A stretch of DNA of 32,000 nt from Delftia acidovorans NBRC 14950 (GTDB lineage: Bacteria > Pseudomonadota > Gammaproteobacteria > Burkholderiales > Burkholderiaceae_C), in the NCBI RefSeq assembly GCF_001598795.1, contig NZ_BCZP01000017.1, forward strand, positions 1-32,000, in the 5' to 3' direction. Of the stretch, positions 8,809 through 17,333 are shown piece after piece; within the stretch, counting starts at the first letter, position 1; each line of letters begins with the position of its first letter. The notes under the pieces are model-generated. The model was not told the origin of the DNA and did not search any database. It saw only the letters and a program-made list of their open reading frames with translations. Made by a program: the position numbers and the translations under genes.

Positions 8809-8927
8809 TGTTACTCCACCACCAGCGTTTCAGCCCAATGTTCGCCATGCTCTGCAGCATGGCCAGCCCTTGTCAATCGTCCCCAGGAATGCTGCGCATC
8901 CCTTGATATACACGACCACTTGCATTT
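8809..8927. promoter_or_regulatory. divergent control region between the che operon and the hybrid kinase gene, with a perfect palindrome
   Basis: Perfect inverted repeat GCCATGCT-ctgc-AGCATGGC at 8844-8863. On the minus strand a perfect TTGACA (plus 8871-8876) lies 18 nt from GAGCAT (plus 8847-8852), which is inside the palindrome. On the plus strand there is TTGATA at 8903-8908. No sigma28-type motif with correct spacing was found. Confidence 0.45.
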
Positions 8928-10076
8928 ATGTTCCAAAATGTATCTCATGATAGCGCCCTCGGGGATGCCAGACCACCGCACAAGCCCTTGCGCATATTGC
9001 ACATCGAGGATTCGGCGGCCGATCAGGCGCTGGCGCGGCTGAGCCTGCTGCGCGGCGGACTGGTCTGCGAGATTGTCGCGGTCGACCTGCTCGATGATGC
9101 CGCAGCCGCGCTGCAGAGCCAGGCATTCGACCTCATCCTGGCCGACTACCATCTGCCCGGCTTCACGGCGCTGGACGCCTGGGAGCTGGTGCGCCGCCAG
9201 CCCGGGCATCCGCCCTTTGTGCTGCTGTCCGGCGCCATCGGCGAGTCGGCCGCCGTGGACGTGATGCGCGAGGGCATCAGCGACTACCTGCTCAAGGACC
9301 ACATCACGCGCCTGCCCCATGTGGTCTCGCATGCGCTGGAAGTGCACGAGGCCCGCCTGGCACGCCGCCGCGCGGCGGCCGAGCTGGCGGCGTCCGAGCG
9401 GCGCCTGGCCGATCTGACCGAGCATCTGCAGACCTCCACCGAGCGCGAGCGCGCCAGCATTGCCCGCGAGATCCACGATGACATCGGCGGCTCGCTGACC
9501 TCGGTGAAGTTCGATGTGGCCTGGATTGCGCGCAATGCGCCCGAGGGCGGACTGCGCGAGCATGCGCTGGCCGCACTGGAAATGCTGGAGCATGCGCTGG
9601 GTGCAAGCCAGCGCATCATGATGAACCTGCGCCCGCCCGTGCTGGACCAGGGACTGGTGGCCGCCGTGCAGTGGCTGGCCGAGAATTTCGAGCGCCGCAC
9701 GGGCGTGCCCACCCGGGTGCGCAGCAGCCGCGAGAGCATGGACATCGCGCCCGACATCCAGGTCGTGGCCTACCGCACGGCCCAGGAGGCGCTGACCAAC
9801 GTCGGCAAATATGCCCAGGCGCGCCATGTGGACATCGATCTCTCGGACCGCGAAGGCTTTCTCACGCTGGAGGTGACGGACGACGGCGTGGGCCTGGCCG
9901 AAGGCGCGCGCGACAAGCCCGAATCCTTCGGTTTGCGCGGTCTGGGCGAGCGTGCGCGCACCGTTCAGGGCTGGCTGGATGTCAGCAGTCAAGCCGGGCG
10001 AGGAACCTCGGTCATCGTCTCCATTCCGCTGGACGATGGCGGCACTTGCCCTAATATCCCGGGCAATGAATGCTGA
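8928..10076 (+). CDS. cytoplasmic hybrid histidine kinase: N-terminal receiver + HisKA_3 + HATPase_c (NarX/DegS class), no TM or sensor domain
   Basis: REC domain: LRILHIEDSAADQ ... LILADYHLPG ... YLLKD. A coiled-coil linker follows. H-box: ASIAREIHDDIGGSLT (HisKA_3 type). N-box: AQEALTNVGKYA. G-boxes: VTDDGVGL and GLRGLGERA. No hydrophobic segments. Start is uncertain: ATG 8928 has no SD, and TTG 8988 would give a typical M-RILHIED receiver N-terminus. Confidence 0.88.
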   Translation: MFQNVSHDSALGDARPPHKPLRILHIEDSAADQALARLSLLRGGLVCEIVAVDLLDDAAAALQSQAFDLILADYHLPGFTALDAWELVRRQPGHPPFVLLSGAIGESAAVDVMREGISDYLLKDHITRLPHVVSHALEVHEARLARRRAAAELAASERRLADLTEHLQTSTERERASIAREIHDDIGGSLTSVKFDVAWIARNAPEGGLREHALAALEMLEHALGASQRIMMNLRPPVLDQGLVAAVQWLAENFERRTGVPTRVRSSRESMDIAPDIQVVAYRTAQEALTNVGKYAQARHVDIDLSDREGFLTLEVTDDGVGLAEGARDKPESFGLRGLGERARTVQGWLDVSSQAGRGTSVIVSIPLDDGGTCPNIPGNEC

Positions 10077-10115
10077 ACGCCATGGCGGCGTGACCCTTTT
10101 TCCAGGAGGCCGACT

Positions 10116-10745
10116 TTGATCCACGTGGTGCTGTGCGACGACCATGCGGTGCTGCGCCGGGGCATCCGAGACACCCTGGCCGAGGCAGTGGACATCAGCG
10201 TCACCGCCGAAGCAGGCAGCTATGCCGAGCTGCGCGAACAGCTGCGCACCGCCACCTGCGACGTGCTGCTGCTGGACATCAACATGCCCGGCCGCAGTGG
10301 CCTGGAAGCCCTGGCCAGCGTGCGCGAAACCCATCCGCTGATCAAGGTGCTCATGGTCTCCATGTACCCCGAGGATCAGTACGCGCTGCGCTGCCTGAAG
10401 GCGGGCGCGCAGGGCTACGCCAACAAGGCAGGCGACCCGGTGCTGCTGATAGAGGCGGTGCGTACCGTGGCCACGGGGCGCAAGTACCTGACGTCCGAAG
10501 TGGCCCAGATGCTGGCCGACAGCCTGGCCCAGCCCGCACCCCAGGTGCCGCATGAAAGCCTGTCCGAGCGCGAGCTGCAGACGCTGATCAAGATCGCGGC
10601 CGGGCAGCGGCTGACCGACATCGCCACCGAGCTGATGCTCAGCCCCAAGACCGTCAGCGTCTACCGGGCGCGCGTGCTGGAAAAACTGCAGATGAGCAGC
10701 AATGCCGAACTCACGGCCTACGCCATCCACAACCAGCTGATCTGA
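10116..10745 (+). CDS. NarL/FixJ-family response regulator (REC + LuxR-type HTH)
   Basis: TTG start at 10116, 6 nt after a perfect AGGAGG (10104-10109). REC domain: VVLCDDHAVLRRG ... LLLDINMPGRSG ... ANKA. C-terminal HTH: LSERELQTLIKIAAGQRLTDIATELMLSPKTVSVYRARVLEKL. Confidence 0.93.
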   Translation: MIHVVLCDDHAVLRRGIRDTLAEAVDISVTAEAGSYAELREQLRTATCDVLLLDINMPGRSGLEALASVRETHPLIKVLMVSMYPEDQYALRCLKAGAQGYANKAGDPVLLIEAVRTVATGRKYLTSEVAQMLADSLAQPAPQVPHESLSERELQTLIKIAAGQRLTDIATELMLSPKTVSVYRARVLEKLQMSSNAELTAYAIHNQLI

Positions 10746-10793
10746 GGCTTTTGCGGCCGACAGGCCTGTAAATCTGTTGTTTTTCACAACTGC

Positions 10794-11564
10794 TTACATT
10801 GAAGTGCCAAATACCGCAATGCCGCGCTGCAGCAAGGCGACCAGGGGCTGCTCGAGCAGCGGCAGCGTGGCCATCAATCCCGTCAGGCCCACGGTGAGCG
10901 TGACCGGAAAACCCACGGCATAGATGTTCATCTGCGGTGCCACGCGCGAAATGATGCCCAGCACCAGGTTCACGAACAGCAGCATGGCGACCATGGGCAG
11001 GGCGATCCAGAAGGCACTGGCGAAGACCGCCGCCCCCATCTCGTGCAGCCGCATCTGGTTGATGGCCTGCAGGAAGCTGCCGTCCACAGGAAACGCCTCG
11101 TAACTCTTGAGCACGGCCATCAGCACCAGCAGGTGCCCGTTGATGACGATGAACAGCAGCGTGGAAATCTGGACCATGAAGCGCGCCACGGCGCTGAGCT
11201 GGGCATTCGTGGTCGGATCGAAGAAGCTGGCGAAGTTCAGGCCCATCTGCAGGCCGACCACCTCGCCCGCAACCTCCACGGCGGCAAACACCAGGCGCAC
11301 GGCAAAGCCCACGGCCAGCCCCACGCCGACCTGCTGAATCAGCGTGCCCAGCGCCTGCGGCGAGTTGATGCCGATCACGGGCTGGTCGCCCAGCACAGGC
11401 TGCGCGCACACCGCGACCAGAAAGGCCAGGCCGATCTTCAGCCGCATGGGAATGACGCGCTGCGAGAACACGGGGGCCACGGAAAACATGGCCAGCACGC
11501 GCAGAAACGGCCAGAGAACGGGCGACAGCCACGCCACCAGTTGGGCTTCGCTGAAGGTGATCAC
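10794..11564 (-). CDS. fliR: flagellar export apparatus protein FliR
   Basis: Polytopic membrane protein (LSPVLWPFLRVLAMFSVAPVFS...) following fliQ. The ORF-track start 11663 would overlap fliQ by 70 nt. The GTG at 11564 (VITFSEAQL...) lies 29 nt after the fliQ stop and gives 256 aa. Confidence 0.9.
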   Translation of the reverse strand: MITFSEAQLVAWLSPVLWPFLRVLAMFSVAPVFSQRVIPMRLKIGLAFLVAVCAQPVLGDQPVIGINSPQALGTLIQQVGVGLAVGFAVRLVFAAVEVAGEVVGLQMGLNFASFFDPTTNAQLSAVARFMVQISTLLFIVINGHLLVLMAVLKSYEAFPVDGSFLQAINQMRLHEMGAAVFASAFWIALPMVAMLLFVNLVLGIISRVAPQMNIYAVGFPVTLTVGLTGLMATLPLLEQPLVALLQRGIAVFGTSM

Positions 11565-11593
11565 AGTGGCGTTTCCAGTGCGCGGCGAAGGGC

Positions 11594-11863
11594 TCAGCCC
11601 ACCGCCTGCGGAATGGTCTCGATGGTGCGGCGGATGAAGTCCACCAGCGTGCTCAGCATCCACGGGCCCGCAATGGCAAACACCAGCACGGCGGAGATGA
11701 GCTTGGGCACGAAGGCCAGCGTGGCCTCATGCACCTGGGTCACCGCCTGGAAGACGCTGACGGCCAGGCCCACGGCCAGCACCACGCCCAGCACGGGCAT
11801 GGAGATCATGAGCAGCAAGGTCAGTGCCTCGCGGCCGAAGGTGAGCACGTATTGGGAGGTCAT
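11594..11863 (-). CDS. fliQ: flagellar export apparatus protein FliQ
   Basis: 89 aa, two hydrophobic helices, lies between fliP and fliR. Confidence 0.94.
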   Translation of the reverse strand: MTSQYVLTFGREALTLLLMISMPVLGVVLAVGLAVSVFQAVTQVHEATLAFVPKLISAVLVFAIAGPWMLSTLVDFIRRTIETIPQAVG

Positions 11864-11890
11864 GGAAGGATTTCCAAAGAAAGAGCGGGG

Positions 11891-12676
11891 CTAGACGGCG
11901 AAGCTGGCGGCCAGCGAGCCTATGAGCAGGTTCCAGCCATCGGCCAGCACGAAGAGCATGAGCTTGAACGGCAGGGCCACCAGCACGGGCGACAGCATCA
12001 TCATGCCCAGGGACATCAGGATCGAGGACACGACCATGTCGATGACCAGGAAGGGGATGAAGATCATGAAGCCGATCTGGAACGCGGTCTTCAGCTCGCT
12101 GGTCACGAAGGCGGGCACCAGCACGCGCAGCGGTGCGGTCTCGCTGGTGACGCCTGCATCGAGCTTGGCCAGCCGCGCGAACAGCGCAAAGTCCGACTGG
12201 CGCGTCTGCTTGAGCATGAAGTCGCGCATGGGCGCCTCGGCCTTCTCAATGGCCTGCTCGAAGGTCACGGCATTCGTGGTGTAGGGCACATAGGCCTCCT
12301 GGTACACGCGGTCCAGGGTGGGGCCCATGACGAACAGCGTCAGGAACAGCGACAGGCCGATGATCACCTGGTTGGGCGGCGCCGACTGCGTGCCCAGCGC
12401 CTGGCGCATCAGCGACAGCACGATGACGATGCGGGTGAAGCCCGTCATCATCAGCAGGATGGCCGGCAGGAAGGACAGCGCCGTGAAGAACAGCAGGGTC
12501 TGGATGGGCACCGAAAAGCTGGTGCCACCGCTGCCCTGGCCGATGACCAGCGGAAGGCTGGCGGGCGCGCCCTGTGCCCAGGAGGCCAGGGGCGTGGCGC
12601 AGCACAGCGCCAGCGCTGCGGCGCCAGCGGCCTGGCTCAGCGTGCGCGCCGGGCGCTTGCAGGAATATTCAGACAT
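11891..12676 (-). CDS. fliP: flagellar export apparatus protein FliP (with signal peptide)
   Basis: Contains the conserved SFLPAILLMMTGFTRIVIVLSLMRQALG and FMIFIPFLVIDMVVSSILMSLGMMMLSP. ATG 12676 overlaps the fliO stop by 8 nt; the longer ORF start 12754 is inside fliO. Confidence 0.94.
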   Translation of the reverse strand: MSEYSCKRPARTLSQAAGAAALALCCATPLASWAQGAPASLPLVIGQGSGGTSFSVPIQTLLFFTALSFLPAILLMMTGFTRIVIVLSLMRQALGTQSAPPNQVIIGLSLFLTLFVMGPTLDRVYQEAYVPYTTNAVTFEQAIEKAEAPMRDFMLKQTRQSDFALFARLAKLDAGVTSETAPLRVLVPAFVTSELKTAFQIGFMIFIPFLVIDMVVSSILMSLGMMMLSPVLVALPFKLMLFVLADGWNLLIGSLAASFAV

Positions 12677-13022
12677 TCGCACCGTCCGCAGGCAGGCTGC
12701 GCGCTTGCGCCATCGCAGCCGAAAAATCAGCAGGGGCCGGGGCCTGCAGCACATGCAGGCACTGGATGCTTTGCGCCGTGACGCCCAGCACCAGACGCAC
12801 GGTCTGCGCGCCCTCGCCCACTTCCACCGTCACCACCCGCTGCTGCGGGCCCACGCCCACGGCGCCCAGCACCCGCGACTGCAGGCCGGCGGCACCGCGC
12901 AGCGCAGCCGTGCGCTGCTGGAAGCGGCGCAGCAGCCAGGGCAGAGCGGCCATGGCCGTGACCAGGGCCACCACCGTGAGCAGGGTCGGCCACAGCGGGC
13001 CCATGCCGGCGCTCTCAGCCAC
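12669..13022 (-). CDS. fliO: flagellar biosynthesis protein FliO
   Basis: 117 aa, single N-terminal TM helix (LWPTLLTVVALVTAMAALPWLL) followed by RRFQ and a conserved V.V.G....LVLGVT core. Position between fliN and fliP. Start overlaps the fliN stop by 8 nt. Confidence 0.85.
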   Translation of the reverse strand: MAESAGMGPLWPTLLTVVALVTAMAALPWLLRRFQQRTAALRGAAGLQSRVLGAVGVGPQQRVVTVEVGEGAQTVRLVLGVTAQSIQCLHVLQAPAPADFSAAMAQARSLPADGANV

Positions 13023-13446
13023 GGCTGACCCGGCGCAGGCGCTCGGACGGCGTGACCACGTCGGTCAGGCGGATACCGAACTTGTCGTTGACCACCACCA
13101 CCTCGCCCTGGGCGATCAGGTAGCCGTTGACCAGCACGTCCATGGGCTCGCCGGCCAGTGCGTCGAGTTCGACCACCGAGCCCTGGGCCAGTTGCAGGAT
13201 GTACTTGATCGGCACCTTGGTGCGGCCCAGCTCCACCGACAGCTGCACCGGAATGTCCAGCACCATGTTGATGTCGTTGACCGGCACATCGGCGCCACCG
13301 GCGTAGGGACGCACGGGCTCGCCTGTCAGCGGACCGCCCTGCTCCTCTTCCAACTTGGCGTCGCGCTCGCGCTGCTCGTCCAATGCCTCTGCCCAGCCCG
13401 AGAACGGATCATCGCCAGCGGGCTTTTGCGTATCTTCAGTTGCCAT
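13015..13446 (-). CDS. fliN: flagellar motor switch protein FliN
   Basis: C-terminal SpoA/FliN domain (LDIPVQLSVELGRTKVPIKYILQLAQGSVVELDALAGEPMDVLVNGYLIAQGEVVVVNDKFGIRLTDV). ATG 13446 overlaps the fliM stop by 11 nt. Confidence 0.94.
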   Translation of the reverse strand: MATEDTQKPAGDDPFSGWAEALDEQRERDAKLEEEQGGPLTGEPVRPYAGGADVPVNDINMVLDIPVQLSVELGRTKVPIKYILQLAQGSVVELDALAGEPMDVLVNGYLIAQGEVVVVNDKFGIRLTDVVTPSERLRRVSRG

Positions 13447-14440
13447 TGTTTTCTCCCATCCAGCCAGCGTCGGCGCCACGCAGGCAGTTCTCGACGCGGA
13501 TTGCGTACTTGTCGTTGTGAGTGCCGTACTGGCACTCGAAAATCGGAACGCCGCCAATGGAGGCGCGGATCAGCGGCTCGCGGTCGAGTTCGATGAAATC
13601 GCCGGGGCGCATGGCCAGCAGCTGCTCCACCGTGGCGTCGGCACGTGCCAGTTCGGCCACCAGGGTCACCTCGGCGGCCTGGATCTCGCGCTTGAGCACC
13701 TTGACCCAGCGGCGGTCCACTTCGATGGAGTCGCCCTGTGTCGAGGAATACAGCACATCACGGATGGGCTCCAGCGTTGCATAGGGCATGCAGATGTGGA
13801 TGGAGCCCGAGATGTCGCCGATCTCCAGCTGAAAGGCCGTGGACACGACGATTTCGCTGGGCGTGGCGATGTTGGCGAACTGCGGCTGCATCTCCGAACG
13901 CTGGTAGCCCAGCTCCAGCGGATAGATGCCGTGCCAGGCCTTCTTGTATTCCTCGCAGATCACGTTGACCAGGCGGTTGATCACGCGCTGCTCGGTGTGC
14001 GAGAAGTCACGTCCTTCGATACGCGTCTGCAGCCGGCCCGTCCCGCCGTACAGCGTATCGATGACACCGAACACCAGCGAGGGGTCGCAGACCACCAGGC
14101 CGCTGCCGCGCAGCGGACGGATGGCGACGATGTTGAAGTTGGTGGGCACCACCAGCTCGCGCAGGAAGGCGCTGTAGCGCTGCACCGACACCGTGCCCAC
14201 GGACACTTCGGGGCTGCGGCGGATGAAGTTGAACAGGCCGATGCGGAAGTTGCGGGCAAAGCGCTCATTGACGATTTCCATCGTCGGCATGCGCCCGCGC
14301 ACGATGCGCTCCTGGCTGGAGATGTCGTACTGGCGGATGATGCCCGCCTCGACCTCCTCGGTCGTGGATTTCTGGCTCTCGCCGGTCACACCCTCCAAAA
14401 GGGCATCGACTTCTTCCTGGGAGAGAAACGAATCGCTCAT
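13436..14440 (-). CDS. fliM: flagellar motor switch protein FliM
   Basis: N-terminal CheY-binding peptide LSQEEVDALL, a central FliM domain and a C-terminal SpoA-like domain. 334 aa. Confidence 0.96.
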   Translation of the reverse strand: MSDSFLSQEEVDALLEGVTGESQKSTTEEVEAGIIRQYDISSQERIVRGRMPTMEIVNERFARNFRIGLFNFIRRSPEVSVGTVSVQRYSAFLRELVVPTNFNIVAIRPLRGSGLVVCDPSLVFGVIDTLYGGTGRLQTRIEGRDFSHTEQRVINRLVNVICEEYKKAWHGIYPLELGYQRSEMQPQFANIATPSEIVVSTAFQLEIGDISGSIHICMPYATLEPIRDVLYSSTQGDSIEVDRRWVKVLKREIQAAEVTLVAELARADATVEQLLAMRPGDFIELDREPLIRASIGGVPIFECQYGTHNDKYAIRVENCLRGADAGWMGENNGN

Positions 14441-14458
14441 GGCGCCTGGCCTCCCCGG

Positions 14459-15034
14459 TTACTGGATGATGAAGCTGGAGAAGAGCACGCGGCGCACCGG
14501 GTTCTTGCCAGCGGAGGAGCGGCGGCGCTCGCCGTCTTCGTCCTCGGCATCCTCGTCGCGGCTGCGCTTCTTGGCCTTGGCCTGGTTGCCGTAGCCCAGC
14601 GGGGCCGACACTTCGTTGAGCACGTCGGCGGCCAGGCGCTCCTTGCCTTCGCGCTCGAGCAGTTCCTCGGCCGTGCGCTGGGACACCAGCATCAGGATGC
14701 CGTTGCGGATGCTGGGCAGGTATTGCTTGACCGTGGTGGCGGTCTTCTCGTCGGCGAGCTCCAGCGTGATGCCGATCTGCACGAATCGGTCGCCGCCCGT
14801 ATCGGACAGATTGACCACCAGGTTGTCCAGCGGCAGGAAGGTGGGCACGGTCACGGCCGCCTTGCTGGCGCTGCCTTCTTCCTCATCGCCGCTGCTGTGG
14901 CGCTTGGACAGCAGGATGAAGGCAGCGGCCGCGCCTATGGCCAGGACGGCAATGATGACGATCAGCACGATCAGCTTCTTGCCCTTGGCCGGGGCGGGAG
15001 CTGCATTGTTGGCGGCATTGGGTGTGGCAGACAC
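14459..15034 (-). CDS. fliL: flagellar basal-body-associated protein FliL
   Basis: GTG start with GAGG 7 nt upstream. Single TM helix (LIVLIVIIAVLAIGAAAAFILL), FLPLDNLVVNL core and a VLFSSFIIQ C-terminus typical of FliL. A charged insertion (KAKKRSRDEDAEDEDGERRR) sits before the C-terminal strand. Confidence 0.9.
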   Translation of the reverse strand: MSATPNAANNAAPAPAKGKKLIVLIVIIAVLAIGAAAAFILLSKRHSSGDEEEGSASKAAVTVPTFLPLDNLVVNLSDTGGDRFVQIGITLELADEKTATTVKQYLPSIRNGILMLVSQRTAEELLEREGKERLAADVLNEVSAPLGYGNQAKAKKRSRDEDAEDEDGERRRSSAGKNPVRRVLFSSFIIQ

Positions 15035-15236
15035 TGGAATTCCTCTGGGTGAGCGGGACCGCCACGCGCACGCGCTTCATGCGCGGCGCCATGACGCAGC
15101 AGGCCCATGGCAGGAATTATTCGGCGATTGGACCCCGGACCATGGCCTGAATAAGCGCATGAAACCCCGGTTTCTCGCTGGCTTGATGGCCCTCAAACGC
15201 CACAGGCCGGGCAGCTTGTCGCCACCCGGCCTGTTG

Positions 15237-15264
15237 TGAAAACCCTGAAACGGCGCATGCGCCG
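15237..15264 (-). terminator. weak candidate terminator after fliK
   Basis: Minus strand: CGGCG-catg-CGCCG hairpin (plus 15251-15264) followed by TTTCAGGGTTTTCA. A second inverted repeat GGCCGGG/CCCGGCC lies at 15205-15231. Stems are short and the U-tract is interrupted. Confidence 0.3.
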
Positions 15265-15288
15265 CCCCCGCAAGAAGCTCAGGAAGAA

Positions 15289-16800
15289 TCAGACGAACAG
15301 ATCCACCCCGCCCGCTGCCGCGCGGCCACCGCCGGCCTGTGCGGCGCCATTGCCGCCCGTGACGCCGGCGGCATCGACCATGGCGCTCACGCGGCCCTGG
15401 CGCGCCTGGGCGTCGGCTCCCTGTCTTCCCGAATCGCCGCTGCCGGACTGGCCGCCCGCATCCACGCTGACGCCGGCCAGTTGCAGGCCCTGGGCCTGCA
15501 GCAGCTCGCGCAGCTGGTCGGCACCATTGCCCAGCCAGTCCCGCGCCTGGGCTTCGCTGGCGCCAAAGCGCACATGGGCCTCGTTGCCCTGCAGGCTGAC
15601 CTGCACCTGGATGGCCCGGCCCTCATGCTCCACGGACAGCGAGGCGTTCTGGTTCTTGTTGTGGACCCAGAAGGCCACCTGCTCTGACACCTGCTGCTCG
15701 CGCTCGGTGGAGTTGCCCGGCTGGGCCTGGGCGTCGGGCTGGGCAAAGGCCGCGCCATTTTGGCCGGCCGCCTGCTGGCCCAGGGATTGGCCGGCATGCG
15801 CCGCGCCCACGGCAGCCGCAACGCCGTGCAGTCCGTTCGCCGCCGACTCCGTGGAGGCGGTGCCGCCTTCCCGGGCTCGCTCGAACAGGCCGCGCCATTC
15901 TTCGGGCCGCACTGCGGCCATGCCGTTGAGCGCGATGCCCGACGCCAGGGCCACGTCCTGCCGCACACCGGCCGCCAGGGCCTGGGGCGTGTGTTCATGC
16001 GTGGCCTGGGCGGTGGTTGCCGTGCGTGCGGCGGCGGCCGTCAGTGCCGCATCGGACTGCACGGCGGCCAGCACATCGGCGGCCTGGGCCTGTGCCTGGG
16101 TGCTGCGCGCGGCGCCATCGGTCAGGGCCCCGGCTGCATTGGGGTCCGCAGCGGCAGCCAGGGCCGCAGCATTGGCGCTGGCCGTGGCCAGCGCCGTGCC
16201 TGCGGCATCACCGGCTGCGGACTGCGGTGCCAGGAAGGCCGCGTGCGCCACGGCGCCCTGCTCCTGGCGCAGGGCCATCATGGCGGCGCTGCCCCGGCCG
16301 GACAGCCAGTCGCCCGCCACGCCCTGCAGCATGTCACGGTCGCCCTTGCCGTCCAGATGGGCGGTCTGCCCGACCAGGCTGAGCCAGGGCGCCTGGCCGT
16401 TGGCAGCCAGCGCCATGGCATCGGCCTGCGCCGAGGGGGTCATATCGGTCGGCTCCGCCTGCGGTTGCAGCGGCAGTTGCGGCTGCTGCAGCAGGCCCTG
16501 CGCCAGGCCGGGATCGGCCAGCAGGTCTGCGGCATCCTTCAGGCCGTCCTTGGCTGCGCCCTTGAGGCTGGACAGCGCGGAAAGAGCGGCACTGCCGCCC
16601 TCGCCCAAGGCCTGGCCCAGGGCGTCCGAGGCCAGCGCCGGCAATCCGCCAATGCCGTCCATCGCTGCCAGCAACGAAGAAAAGCCTGCGGCCTGGTCGT
16701 TGGAGGGCGGCTGCGTGCCGCGCGCGGAGCGAACGCCTTCCATGGCGCGCTGCATGGCGCTGCGCGCATCGGCGCGCTGTTCGATCTGGTTGGTGGACAT
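15289..16800 (-). CDS. fliK: flagellar hook-length control protein FliK
   Basis: Ala/Gly/Gln-rich low-complexity body. The conserved C-terminal FliK domain reads QVAFWVHNKNQNASLSVEHEGRAIQVQVSLQGNEAHVRFGASEAQARDWL...LRELLQAQGLQLAGVSVD. Follows fliJ. Confidence 0.9.
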   Translation of the reverse strand: MSTNQIEQRADARSAMQRAMEGVRSARGTQPPSNDQAAGFSSLLAAMDGIGGLPALASDALGQALGEGGSAALSALSSLKGAAKDGLKDAADLLADPGLAQGLLQQPQLPLQPQAEPTDMTPSAQADAMALAANGQAPWLSLVGQTAHLDGKGDRDMLQGVAGDWLSGRGSAAMMALRQEQGAVAHAAFLAPQSAAGDAAGTALATASANAAALAAAADPNAAGALTDGAARSTQAQAQAADVLAAVQSDAALTAAAARTATTAQATHEHTPQALAAGVRQDVALASGIALNGMAAVRPEEWRGLFERAREGGTASTESAANGLHGVAAAVGAAHAGQSLGQQAAGQNGAAFAQPDAQAQPGNSTEREQQVSEQVAFWVHNKNQNASLSVEHEGRAIQVQVSLQGNEAHVRFGASEAQARDWLGNGADQLRELLQAQGLQLAGVSVDAGGQSGSGDSGRQGADAQARQGRVSAMVDAAGVTGGNGAAQAGGGRAAAGGVDLFV

Positions 16801-16803
16801 GCT

Positions 16804-17268
16804 TCAAGCCTCCTGGAATGTCAGCCCGAAGCTGCGACGGAAAAACTGGATGGCCGCACGTTCATCGGTTTCCTTTTGCTCGCGGCGCATCTGGCTCAGC
16901 GCCAGATCGCGGCGGCGCACCTCGACGACCTTGCGCAGGCTGCTGACCCGCAGCTCGCAGGCCATCAAGGCCTTTTGCGCGGCCTCCAGGCGGATCGCCA
17001 GGTCGGCCAGCACCCGCGTCTGCAGGCCGATGGCGTGCTGCAGGCGGTCCATGAACTGGTACTGGTGGAACATGACCTCGGGCTGCACGGACTGGTTTTC
17101 CTGCGCGCCCCAGCGCGTCTGCATTTCCTGCACATAGTGCTGCAGCTGCTCCATTTGCGTCTGCGCGGCCTGCTGCGAGCGCAGGCGCTCCTGCACCGCC
17201 TGGCGGGCCTCGTCACGCTTGCGCGACGCGGCATCGATGGCCACCATCAAGGCATTCAAGGACGACAT
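16804..17268 (-). CDS. fliJ: flagellar export chaperone/stalk protein FliJ
   Basis: 154 aa all-helical coiled-coil protein between fliI and fliK. Confidence 0.88.
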   Translation of the reverse strand: MSSLNALMVAIDAASRKRDEARQAVQERLRSQQAAQTQMEQLQHYVQEMQTRWGAQENQSVQPEVMFHQYQFMDRLQHAIGLQTRVLADLAIRLEAAQKALMACELRVSSLRKVVEVRRRDLALSQMRREQKETDERAAIQFFRRSFGLTFQEA

Positions 17269-17333
17269 ACCGGGGTTTCCTCCCTGTGTTCGTTATCGCG
17301 TTGGTCGCGTTTTGGCAGTGCCGCGTCGCCGCG

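Noticed and set aside
8811-10787. 658-aa minus-strand ORF spanning the kinase and regulator genes
   Set aside because: It lies antisense to two genes with complete HisKA_3/HATPase and REC/HTH motifs. It would also run through the divergent promoter region. The translation is Gly/Ala/Arg/His-rich junk.
10746-10793. Possible shared terminator between the convergent regulator gene and fliR
   Set aside because: Only a 4-bp GGCC/GGCC stem and a 5-bp AT-rich GTTGT/ACAAC stem are present, and neither has a convincing U-tract. This is too weak to annotate.
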